From: an uncultured virus (IMG/VR IMGVR_UViG_3300030339_000028)
Lineage: Duplodnaviria > Heunggongvirae > Uroviricota > Caudoviricetes
Virus record (IMG/VR): IMGVR_UViG_3300030339_000028
Length of the DNA: 64,000 bases
Reading direction: 5' to 3' (one strand)
Shown here piece by piece: positions 50,192 through 58,964 of the stretch. Position 1 is the first letter of the stretch, and each line of letters starts with the position of its first letter. Both the position numbers and the translations under genes were made by a program. Under the pieces are notes generated by a model, which searched no databases, was not told where the DNA came from, and worked only from the letters and a program-made list of their open reading frames with translations.

Positions 50192-50468
50192 GTGTAATAC
50201 GTTTGTAAAGCAAGTGTACATATAAAAATTTAGATAGTTACATAGAATGCAAATTATTTTTTGGCTTACCTAAAAATAAATTCAAGGAGCAACTACTCCT
50301 TTAATATTTCTAACTCCTCTGTAATAAATAAATTTTGCAAGATCTTCTGGAGTAGCTGTATCTAATAATAAAAGTACTCCAAACTACTCTGATCTCCAGA
50401 CATTTGAATTAGGATTTGAGAATCCCATTTTCAGTAGAATTTCCTGTGTTTCTTTCATAATTATAAAT

Positions 50469-52025
50469 TTATAGGTATGATGTTAAAAATGGTCGCCCTC
50501 TTTTTAGATTTTGCAGTATATAAATTTGATTGGAAGTCTCAAACCCTCCTTCCCTAACTACAATTTCATTCAATCTCATAATTCCTAATTTCTTTTCTCT
50601 TCCTGTATGATCTTGATTTAAACCATAAAATGCTGTCACATGTCCGAACTTTCTTTTATCCTCAGAAAAGTTCTTCATTGTCAACATATCTCGTTCATAA
50701 CTATCAGAATCTGCCTGTGTAACTGCAATCACTAAAGCATGTCTTTTCTGTGACACACCTCGCATTCGTTTCCATATTGCATTCTGTTTTGGACGTTCCT
50801 CAGTTACATTAGGCTCTATCATAATGTCTGGATAATCATAAATAACAACATCAGGAATAAACCCGTCTTGCTTTTCCCATATATCCATGATAGCTTCTGA
50901 TTCTTGAACGGAAAGAGTACTGTTTGCATGAGTAGACAGTTTAAAGTTCTTTTTGTTCTTGATAAAGAATTTATCTATCCAACTAAAAGCTTCATGCTCG
51001 TTTAAAGGTTCTGTAGAAGGTATTTTCTTTGCCCATATCGTACCTCTAAATTTCTTACAGTTTGTACATTGTACATGATCAGGATTATTCTTAATTGCTT
51101 CTTGGATATGTTCAAATGTAACTACTTTCCTAATATTTTCTTGAGTAATTTTTTCTAATTTGGTATTCTTTATTCCATTAAACAAGTTAGGTGAGTCACA
51201 TTCTCTTTCAGGACGTTTACAAAGATCAAGTTGATTGTTGATACAATCTCTGACAGGTTGCAAATGTGCGTCACAATATTGTTCTTTGTTTGATTTTTTA
51301 GATAAATAAATACAGATTCTTTTCAATTGTTCACTTTCAGACATATCTCCTGCCTGGAAGAATGCTACTTTGCGTCCTTGCTTGCAGGCTCTAATTGCTA
51401 TGTCTAATAGCATAAATGTCTTACCACGTTTCTCAGGACCTAAAAATGCAATAAATCCTCCACGTACAAATTGTTCATTCCAAAACTTACCTAACTCCCT
51501 TGGAAAGTGTATGAGTATTTCATTAGCTGTGGTAAATGCTAACTTGACTTTCTCTTTCATTATATCCTCGTCAGACAAGTCTATCCAACTACCCATATCC
51601 CTAGCCATAGGTTTGAAAGAACTTGCCTTTGCTTCTGCTTCTCTCAATCTACCTGCATCAAGCAATGCTTTTATTTCCTCAGAATGTCTCAACAAACTTC
51701 TTTCGTTGAAGTAATCTGTTGCTTTCTCAACCAAGTACTCTAAGTTGATAGATTCATCTTCATATTGTGCAGACAAGCTAGGTAAAATTTCCTCTTCTAT
51801 TTCCTCAGCTAAATCCTTAGGTAAACCATTCTTAGCTTTCTCATAAAAGATTGCTTCAATGTCTTTGCCTGGTGCTTTGTTGTACTTTAAGAAATACTCT
51901 TTTACCCAGGTAGCTATTCGTTTAGCTGTAGAAGATTCAAATAAAGAGACATCCCACTTGTCCTTAATCCGTAGGTTAAAGTCCGTAGATGTGATTAGGC
52001 CGATTAGTATGGTTCTTTCTATCAT
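50469..52025 (-). CDS. dnaB: Replicative helicase (DnaB/SF4-like)
   Basis: GPEKRGKT Walker A, PDVVIYDYPD, VTQA and FSEDKRK; Cys-rich insertion. Confidence 0.8.
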   Translation of the reverse strand: MIERTILIGLITSTDFNLRIKDKWDVSLFESSTAKRIATWVKEYFLKYNKAPGKDIEAIFYEKAKNGLPKDLAEEIEEEILPSLSAQYEDESINLEYLVEKATDYFNERSLLRHSEEIKALLDAGRLREAEAKASSFKPMARDMGSWIDLSDEDIMKEKVKLAFTTANEILIHFPRELGKFWNEQFVRGGFIAFLGPEKRGKTFMLLDIAIRACKQGRKVAFFQAGDMSESEQLKRICIYLSKKSNKEQYCDAHLQPVRDCINNQLDLCKRPERECDSPNLFNGIKNTKLEKITQENIRKVVTFEHIQEAIKNNPDHVQCTNCKKFRGTIWAKKIPSTEPLNEHEAFSWIDKFFIKNKKNFKLSTHANSTLSVQESEAIMDIWEKQDGFIPDVVIYDYPDIMIEPNVTEERPKQNAIWKRMRGVSQKRHALVIAVTQADSDSYERDMLTMKNFSEDKRKFGHVTAFYGLNQDHTGREKKLGIMRLNEIVVREGGFETSNQIYILQNLKRGRPFLTSYL

Positions 52026-52026
52026 G

Positions 52027-52212
52027 TTAATCTATCTTTGTAAATTTTTTACAAAACTCTACCTGCTCTCTAATCCAGATTATATTTGGATTATCTTCTC
52101 TTCTATATACAACATACATTCCTTTAAGTGAGATGTAATTCGTAGCATCCATAACATCGGAATAAAGTAAAACATAAGTTTCTCCAGATTTATTATTTCT
52201 ATATCTTTCCAT
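52027..52212 (-). CDS. DUF1653-like small protein
   Basis: RYRN.K.G..Y...YVVYR...IWIRE...F..KF. Confidence 0.6.
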   Translation of the reverse strand: MERYRNNKSGETYVLLYSDVMDATNYISLKGMYVVYRREDNPNIIWIREQVEFCKKFTKID

Positions 52213-52434
52213 ATTAGTTCATGTATTCTATAGTATATAACTTTGCTTCCATTAAATTTCTATAACTAGGAATAAACCAACCAGATCCCATCCCAGGTAC
52301 AACTTTTGAATTATCAAACACATACCTATCTGGCCAAGTATTTTTAAAATAAAGAGATAAGACAGAACACTCCTTCAAAGACAAAGGTCTAGTCAGTAGA
52401 TTTATAATTATACCTATATGCAATGGTTGTGTCA

Positions 52435-53322
52435 TTATAAATCCTCCTCTCTTAATTCTCGGGTTCTAAATTTAGGGTCTAATTCTCGTTCTTCGTAAGC
52501 ATCTACCTCACCTTGTTTTTTCCTCTCATTAAAACTTCCCATGGTACTTGGAGTGTCTAACCATCCGTTATTATTTAACCAGGTAGCAGGGTACGGGATC
52601 CACTGTCCATTTTCTTTAATCCATTGTTCTGTATTCTTTTGTAATCTTATTGCACGCTCTACAACTCTCCATTTTGGAGCATTTTTACCTTTCTTACAAA
52701 GTTTCTCCCAACTTGTTTTAGCCTTCCCTTTATTTGTCTTTCTTGGATATAGTTCCCAAAAAGTATCAAACATACTATTATGGAGATTTCCATCCCAAGA
52801 AATATTTGTATCTTCTTCTCCGCTTCCTGTGAAGGAAGCAAAGTTATTTTGTTCTTTAGTATTTTTACTATTAATATTATTAGTCGTTGGTTTCCCAGGA
52901 CCTGGGATCCCAGGCTGTGGGTTCTCCGGCTGTGGGATAATAACCTCCAAACCTTTAGACCTGAGAAGCTTTTTTGTAGATTTGATTTTAAACTTTAAAG
53001 GAGTGTCCGCATACGCCCAAAAAGAACCTACCATCTGTTTGGTATTTATATCTCTATAACGGAATCTTTTTAAGTAACCTAAAGTTTCCAATTCTGTTAG
53101 ACCTCCTTTTATAGAATGTAGCCCTTCCTTCATCATACTGTTTAAGGTAGTCAAATAACTTTTCCAACCTTCTTTGTTTGATAAAAGTATTCCTAATATT
53201 TTTGTAGATACTGCAGATATTTTAGGATTGCGAAGTACCTCGTCTGGTATTTGAGTATATCCTTTTGTCTTACTGCAATTGATTGCATCGGGAATTGTAA
53301 ATACGGTTCTAACTCTTTCCAT
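52435..53322 (-). CDS. Phage replication initiator/replisome organiser (N-terminal HTH)
   Basis: YTQIP..VLRNPKIS, L.ELE..GYLKR, FDTFWELYPRK..K..A...W.KL and IPYPATWLN. Confidence 0.8.
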   Translation of the reverse strand: MERVRTVFTIPDAINCSKTKGYTQIPDEVLRNPKISAVSTKILGILLSNKEGWKSYLTTLNSMMKEGLHSIKGGLTELETLGYLKRFRYRDINTKQMVGSFWAYADTPLKFKIKSTKKLLRSKGLEVIIPQPENPQPGIPGPGKPTTNNINSKNTKEQNNFASFTGSGEEDTNISWDGNLHNSMFDTFWELYPRKTNKGKAKTSWEKLCKKGKNAPKWRVVERAIRLQKNTEQWIKENGQWIPYPATWLNNNGWLDTPSTMGSFNERKKQGEVDAYEERELDPKFRTRELREEDL

Positions 53323-53340
53323 AGTGCAGATTAAAAAGCA

Positions 53341-53463
53341 CTACCAGCCACAAAAATACCCCAAAAGGAACAACCACGACGAAGAACCTTTGAGGTATAA
53401 TTTGAGCCGGTAGGGCTATATTGTAAATACGATTAGTCAAGTAAGTAAGCATGGCGTGGTTGT
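53341..53463 (-). ncRNA. Structured 5' leader upstream of the initiator gene
   Basis: Long G.U-containing hairpin 53413-53341; its loop CGTGGTTGT is complementary to ACAACCACG at 53463-53455. Confidence 0.55.
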
Positions 53464-53478
53464 ATTTAAAAGAGGATG

Positions 53479-53510
53479 CAAATATATGTTATATAAAACA
53501 GACAAACAAA
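53479..53510 (-). promoter_or_regulatory. Bacteroidota-type primary sigma promoter
   Basis: TTTG (53510-53507), 20 nt, TATATTTG (53486-53479): matches TTTG-N19-21-TAnnTTTG. Confidence 0.75.
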
Positions 53511-53747
53511 TGTTTTATAACATGCTATTTTTCTGCCGAATTCAGCCTTTGTGTACGTTTGCAATACTTTATACATATTTGTTTTATTCTGTTGTAGAAA
53601 CGCAGATAAAACGGCTGCTTTTTGTTGACTGTACTTATTTTAATAGCAGCCTTTTGTAAGTCAGCAAAAGCCTCACCTAATTTAACTAAGGCAGCTTGAA
53701 GTTCTGTTGTGTCTACTTTTAATTCAAATTCTATTTTAGCCATAATA

Positions 53748-54704
53748 CTAAAAATTTAAAAGTTCATTAACAATGTTTGAAGCTTGCTCCTGAGACATGC
53801 TCCCAGGATCATCAGTAATATCTACTCTAATAGCATCCTTACCCCGGAACTTTAAATCTGCGACTAATTCGTTAGCAGCAATTAAAGCCTGAGATTCCTG
53901 TCCATCAAAGCAGACAAAAATACGTTTAAAGAAACCTGCAATCAATCTTACCTGTTTGGGCTTATATTTAATCCCTGAGGTAGCACAACTTTGATCACCA
54001 AATCTCCATACATCGGTAGGTCCTTCAACAATAATACCTTGATCACCCCATGCAGTTTGATCCCCATACAAGATGTCTTTGTGGGAAATCTTTTCTCTAG
54101 ATTCTGGGCAAGCCATATACTTGTAAGGACTTTTACCAGTAATGTCTCTAGAGTCAAAACTAACTATGTCATCATCCCAGATAAATGGAATGATAATCCT
54201 GTGTTTGTAATCTAGTTGTTTGCCTTCAGTCTTAAGTAAGCTAATAGGACCAGACCCTAACAGTTTCCATTTCTGTTCTAGCATAGCAGGATCATAACCT
54301 CTTTTCTTGAGATACTTAATATGATTAAAAGCCATCGGAGAACAGTTGCTTGGAAGTTTTAGTATTTTTTGCCCTACTTTAATTACCTTTTCAGACTTAG
54401 GTATAAATATAGAAGATCCGTATTGCTTTATAATTGCATAGACTTCTCGTTCTGATAGATTTAAAAGTTTCACTAAGGTTGAGGCTGTGGGATGAAATCC
54501 ACACCGCCAACAAGTAAAGAAGTCTCCTTGTAGGTTATACCCTAAGTGATAACCATCGTGTCCAGAACCACTAGAGCACCAAGGGCAGGGTGAGTTGACC
54601 CATCCGTCCCTGGTGTGCTTGTGGCCCTCAGATTTATGATCTACACTATAATCATCATAAATTTGTTCGATGTCCATTAGGCAAGTGTGAACGATAATCC
54701 CCAA
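53748..54704 (-). CDS. DNA primase (zinc finger plus TOPRIM)
   Basis: CPWC...CWRCG, YLKKRG, RIIIP, IVEGPTD, CFD and DPG. Confidence 0.85.
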   Translation of the reverse strand: MGIIVHTCLMDIEQIYDDYSVDHKSEGHKHTRDGWVNSPCPWCSSGSGHDGYHLGYNLQGDFFTCWRCGFHPTASTLVKLLNLSEREVYAIIKQYGSSIFIPKSEKVIKVGQKILKLPSNCSPMAFNHIKYLKKRGYDPAMLEQKWKLLGSGPISLLKTEGKQLDYKHRIIIPFIWDDDIVSFDSRDITGKSPYKYMACPESREKISHKDILYGDQTAWGDQGIIVEGPTDVWRFGDQSCATSGIKYKPKQVRLIAGFFKRIFVCFDGQESQALIAANELVADLKFRGKDAIRVDITDDPGSMSQEQASNIVNELLNF

Positions 54705-54878
54705 CCAAACTCTTTAAGAATCTCTCTGTGTACATCAGTAATGGTAATTGCACCTAACTCCTTTAATTTTTTCAAGTTGTAGATTTTTGATCGGGTAATA
54801 AACATTGTCTTTGTCTTCCCGTCATAACGAGTAACACAATAGAACTTTTTTACGAATTCTGATACTTTCTTTTTCATC

Positions 54879-55292
54879 TTATTCCTCCTTTACTTTTTTA
54901 GCTCTTGGTTTGCGAGGTTTTTTCGGCATAACTACTTCAGGAACTCTTGTTTCAACTTCCTTGATACTTTTCTTTTTCAATTCTTCGTAGTACTGCAAAG
55001 TTTCCACAATACAATGCTCAACGAGGCCGTGGATGTAATCTCGTTCCCTTACTGAGAATTTTGACTCTTTGTTCTCAATCTTTAAAAACTCTACTGTCAA
55101 TTTATCCCAATTAAGGAAACCTAATTCACTTAAAGTGATGTAAGCATCTCGTCTTAAACGACTGCCAGCTTTAGAGTTCTGCAAAGTTTTGTCGTTTGCT
55201 TTTTTCTTACCAGCAAGCTCTCCGGATAACTGAGCTTTAAACTTTTTGTCATTGAAGATATCTCCGATTGATTCAAATACAGGAATAATCAT
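54879..55292 (-). CDS. Hypothetical protein
   Basis: 137-aa ORF with basic C-terminus. Confidence 0.55.
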   Translation of the reverse strand: MIIPVFESIGDIFNDKKFKAQLSGELAGKKKANDKTLQNSKAGSRLRRDAYITLSELGFLNWDKLTVEFLKIENKESKFSVRERDYIHGLVEHCIVETLQYYEELKKKSIKEVETRVPEVVMPKKPRKPRAKKVKEE

Positions 55293-55981
55293 AATTTTAC
55301 TTTTTAGGTTTTTTATTTCGTTCTGCTGCTCTTCTTGCTAATCTTTGTCTTTTCTTTACTTCATCTTCTAATGGAGATAGATTAGGTTCCCCATTACGGT
55401 TCCAATACCATCCAGCTGTTTCTGGTTGATTAGGAATGTGAATGTCTCTAGGCGGTGTCTTGCGGCTCATTTCTTAATGTTTATTTGGTTAATACAATAT
55501 TCAATACCTGCACGAAAAGCCTTTTCTAATTCCTCATTATAATTTTCCCAGGTTAATTCTACCCAGTCTGAGGAGGCTTCTACTAATAACGGCCTCAGAT
55601 ATTTTAAAGCTCTTTTTGGAAGTTTTTTTATACGTTTGCCCATTGCGGATAGTTACAGTTTAAATTCAGTGTAAATACAAAGTGAATTCAGCATTAAAAA
55701 TACAAAGTTGTGCAAATGTACACCTGTAAAATATAACGCTGAATTCACGAGAAAAATAAGCTAGGATTTTTATCCCTTCATAAAAGGAAGTAATTCTTGA
55801 TTTTCTTTAGACAACTGAAGTGTTTTGATTTTTGTTGTCTGAGTTTTAAGCATCTTGTCAGCAGCATTAATGGCTACCTGAGCTTCTTTTAGATCAATTG
55901 TCTTATTCAAGACACCGTTAAATACTTCACACATCTTGGAGTTTAAAGACTTCCAGTCAGTAACATTACTCTGTGCCATAA

Positions 55982-56554
55982 TTAATTTGGTTTTTGATTT
56001 GTAATTTCTCTTTTTATGAGAATCATTTGTCTTTTTATTTCTATGAATTCTTTATAATTTTCTTTTAAAATAAAAGTAGGTATTTTATAAATAGATGCAA
56101 TATAATTGTCTGGTAACAAGGCAACCCTTATTCTACTACGTTCTATAGATTTTTCAATATTAGAACTTCGATATATTGCACCTCTTATTTTGATTTTTTC
56201 AATATTTTTTCTTCTGTAATTTTTATTATGGGAAGATATTTTCTCTGGATGAAGAATTCTATAATCTTTGGATTTTTTTAAATAAAAAGCAGGATCTTTA
56301 TCATAGTTAACCCTCCAGGTGTCTCTTTTATGTTGTTTTTCTTTTTCTCTATATTCTTCATTTAAGAGGTACTTTTCCCTTTTTTTATTACCTATTTTTT
56401 CTTTATTAAAAAAACGATACTCCTTTGACGCACAATTTTCACAAGATCTGCAATAAGAGTAGGTGCATGAATTACCTTTATTACCTTTTATTATTCTAAA
56501 ATCAGATAAAGGTTTTTCAATAACACACTTCTTACAAATCTTAGTCTCTTCCAT
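55982..56554 (-). CDS. Zinc-finger protein (N-terminus like HNH/endonuclease VII-associated modules, no nuclease motif seen)
   Basis: KICKKC..EKPLSDF...YCRSC followed by basic helical repeats. Confidence 0.6.
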   Translation of the reverse strand: MEETKICKKCVIEKPLSDFRIIKGNKGNSCTYSYCRSCENCASKEYRFFNKEKIGNKKREKYLLNEEYREKEKQHKRDTWRVNYDKDPAFYLKKSKDYRILHPEKISSHNKNYRRKNIEKIKIRGAIYRSSNIEKSIERSRIRVALLPDNYIASIYKIPTFILKENYKEFIEIKRQMILIKREITNQKPN

Positions 56555-56557
56555 ATC

Positions 56558-57400
56558 CTAGGATAATTGCAGTTGGTTAAGAGCAAACCTGTATGCTTTC
56601 TTATTCAAGTTAGCAGTAGCACCAAACAAGTTGCCAAACACAGGTTCTTTCTGTTTCAATACATGTGTGGTATAATAGGTTACACCGTTAAACATACCCC
56701 AAAGGTTTTGTCCAACAGCATCCATTTCGGAACCCATAGCAAGGTACAATTGTTCTGCCTGATTCAATTTCTGTGTAGACACATTCCCGTCAAGCATTTC
56801 CTGTTGATCCAAGTCAAGCAGATAATTAATAGCAAGTTCTTTGACTTCCTCATCTACTTTAACCTTAATCATCTTCTCAAAGTTCTTGTACATTGTATCC
56901 CTGTTCTGGAAATACACTTCCAAAGACCTCAATAACTCCTCAATTTTCTTTGGAGCAGATTTTGTGTGCCTTACTTTCTTAATTTTGGAAATATTTGAGA
57001 ACTGATTTGTGCACCTTAGCAGTACGGTAGTCGTTCCAATAAAGAAAGCGTACTTCCCGTCACAAGAACTTCCGAGTATCAAATAATCCTGTATCGGATG
57101 ACCCCCAATTTTAAGATCTTTAACAGTATTCTTTAGATGAGAAATAACAATTGCTCCATTATTAATTTCAGAGTACCCTGTAATGTCAAATCCTGAGATC
57201 TTTTTCATTGTCTCAGTAGATTGCATAAAGTGAGCATTATAGGTAGGATAGTAACTGTTCTTCATTACAGACAGTTCTGTTCCGTTATCTGAACGAGACA
57301 GTACTTTGTGGTTTTTACTCGTCAGGACATTTCCGTTTATGTCATATAATACGGGAGATTCCTGGATCTCAAATGTTAATTTATCAACAAAAGTACTCAT
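56558..57400 (-). CDS. DUF932/DUF945-family protein
   Basis: RSDN...L.V....Y, YLIL..S.DG, LRCTNQ, VRHT and NLWGMFNGVT.Y..H. Confidence 0.8.
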   Translation of the reverse strand: MSTFVDKLTFEIQESPVLYDINGNVLTSKNHKVLSRSDNGTELSVMKNSYYPTYNAHFMQSTETMKKISGFDITGYSEINNGAIVISHLKNTVKDLKIGGHPIQDYLILGSSCDGKYAFFIGTTTVLLRCTNQFSNISKIKKVRHTKSAPKKIEELLRSLEVYFQNRDTMYKNFEKMIKVKVDEEVKELAINYLLDLDQQEMLDGNVSTQKLNQAEQLYLAMGSEMDAVGQNLWGMFNGVTYYTTHVLKQKEPVFGNLFGATANLNKKAYRFALNQLQLS

Positions 57401-58082
57401 TGTTATTTTGATTTAATTGTTTCCACTGTTCAATAGCTAAATTTAAAGACATTTCAATTAACTTGAATTTAGGAGTGCCTCTAGGAGTTTTTATTACTGC
57501 ATTAATGTCAGCAAGCCAGTCAATCCATTCTTGTATTGTCTTCCTAATACAGCCGTATTGTATGTGATTGTCTGTTAATGTTAAAAAGTAGACAAAATTT
57601 AAGGTAAAGCATCTTTTAGTACAAACGGCATCGCCATATACCTTGGCATCGCCAGATACCCAGGCATTGCCAGATACCTCGGCATCGCCAGATACCCAGG
57701 CATCGCCATATACCTTGGCATTGTCAGATACCCAGGCATTGCCAGATACCTTGGCATCGCCATATACCTTGGCATCGCCAGATACCCAGGCATTGCCAGA
57801 TACCCAGGCATTGCCAGATACCTTGGCATCGCCATATACCTTGGCATCGCCAGATACCTCGGCATCGCCAGATACCCAGGCATCGCCATATACCTTGGCA
57901 TCGCCAGATACCCTGGCATTGCCAGATACCCAGGCATCGCCAGATAGGTTATTTTCTTTTTCTACCCACCCTCCTTTATCTCCTACAGAACCCCATTTGC
58001 AATCAACAATAAGTTCTATTCTAAACAAAGTAGTTCTTAAAAAATTTACTTTTGATTCTGTTGTTAATTTAAAATGTTTCAT
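57384..58082 (-). CDS. Left-handed beta-helix hexapeptide-repeat protein
   Basis: LFRI...GDKGGWVE.E.NLS then about 18 G[DN]A.V[SY] repeats. Confidence 0.8.
   Translation of the reverse strand: MKHFKLTTESKVNFLRTTLFRIELIVDCKWGSVGDKGGWVEKENNLSGDAWVSGNARVSGDAKVYGDAWVSGDAEVSGDAKVYGDAKVSGNAWVSGNAWVSGDAKVYGDAKVSGNAWVSDNAKVYGDAWVSGDAEVSGNAWVSGDAKVYGDAVCTKRCFTLNFVYFLTLTDNHIQYGCIRKTIQEWIDWLADINAVIKTPRGTPKFKLIEMSLNLAIEQWKQLNQNNNEYFC
57626..57946 (-). repeat. 18-bp imperfect tandem repeat (coding)
   Basis: Units such as GGCGATGCCAAGGTATAT and GGCAATGCCTGGGTATCT. Confidence 0.9.
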
Positions 58083-58964
58083 AATTTCTATTCATATAAA
58101 GTTACAAATGTTCCGAAATGTTTCTTAAATACTTCTAAAAGATGTTCTCTATCAGAAGCAGTCATTTCCTCATAAATGAGGTTATAATTCAGTTGCAGTT
58201 GGATAGACCATTTCTTTGCTAAAGCAAGAAGATTGAAAGTATCCCCGTCAGAACTATTGATGTTTATCAATACTTTTCTAGGATGCAGTTCAGACTTTTT
58301 AATCTTTAATGGTTTACGCTTTCCTTTGGCAATCTTCTTTTCTTTTGCTATGGCTCTCTTTTCTATTTCTTTTCTAGATAAAGCCATGGCTTATTCCTCC
58401 GTTACTTTTTCTTTTTTAGTTGCTACTCTTTGACAATAGTTCAATTCCTTTGTGTAATACTCCCTTTCGGTAGGATGGCAGTTTGCAAGCAGAATTTCAT
58501 TATCTTGTTGTTCAAGATACTCTACAGACAAACACCTGTTGACGCTGTGTACATGATTGATCATCAACTTCCTCAAATTCAATAAAGGATTTTCTACAGT
58601 TTCCATAATGTAATTTTTAAAGGGTTTTTAATTCTTGTTTTGAATAATATTGAAACGTTCTGTGTTCTTTTACACGTTCTTTCTTTTCTGGTTTTAGAGA
58701 TTCTATTTTCTCTTTCAGAGTAATAGCATTCTCTTTTGGAGTAGCAACTTTTACCAGAGGAGTTACAACCAATGTCTTGTCTTTAACAAGATCGACTCTA
58801 ACAATCCAAGAGCTACCAGGAGCAATAAAGCTTCTGTGATTGTCATTTAAAAAGGATACAATACCTTCTACTCTACAAATTGGACGTCCGCCTTTTTCAT
58901 TCTTAATGAAGTCTACGGTAAACTCGTCTCCAGGAACAATAACTTTCTTGTCTTTCATAAGTTT

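Noticed and set aside
57599..58128. CRISPR array or real alternative-frame ORFs (MPGYLA.., SPDTQA..) in the 18-bp repeat
   Set aside because: No unique spacers; these are shadow frames of the hexapeptide-repeat gene.
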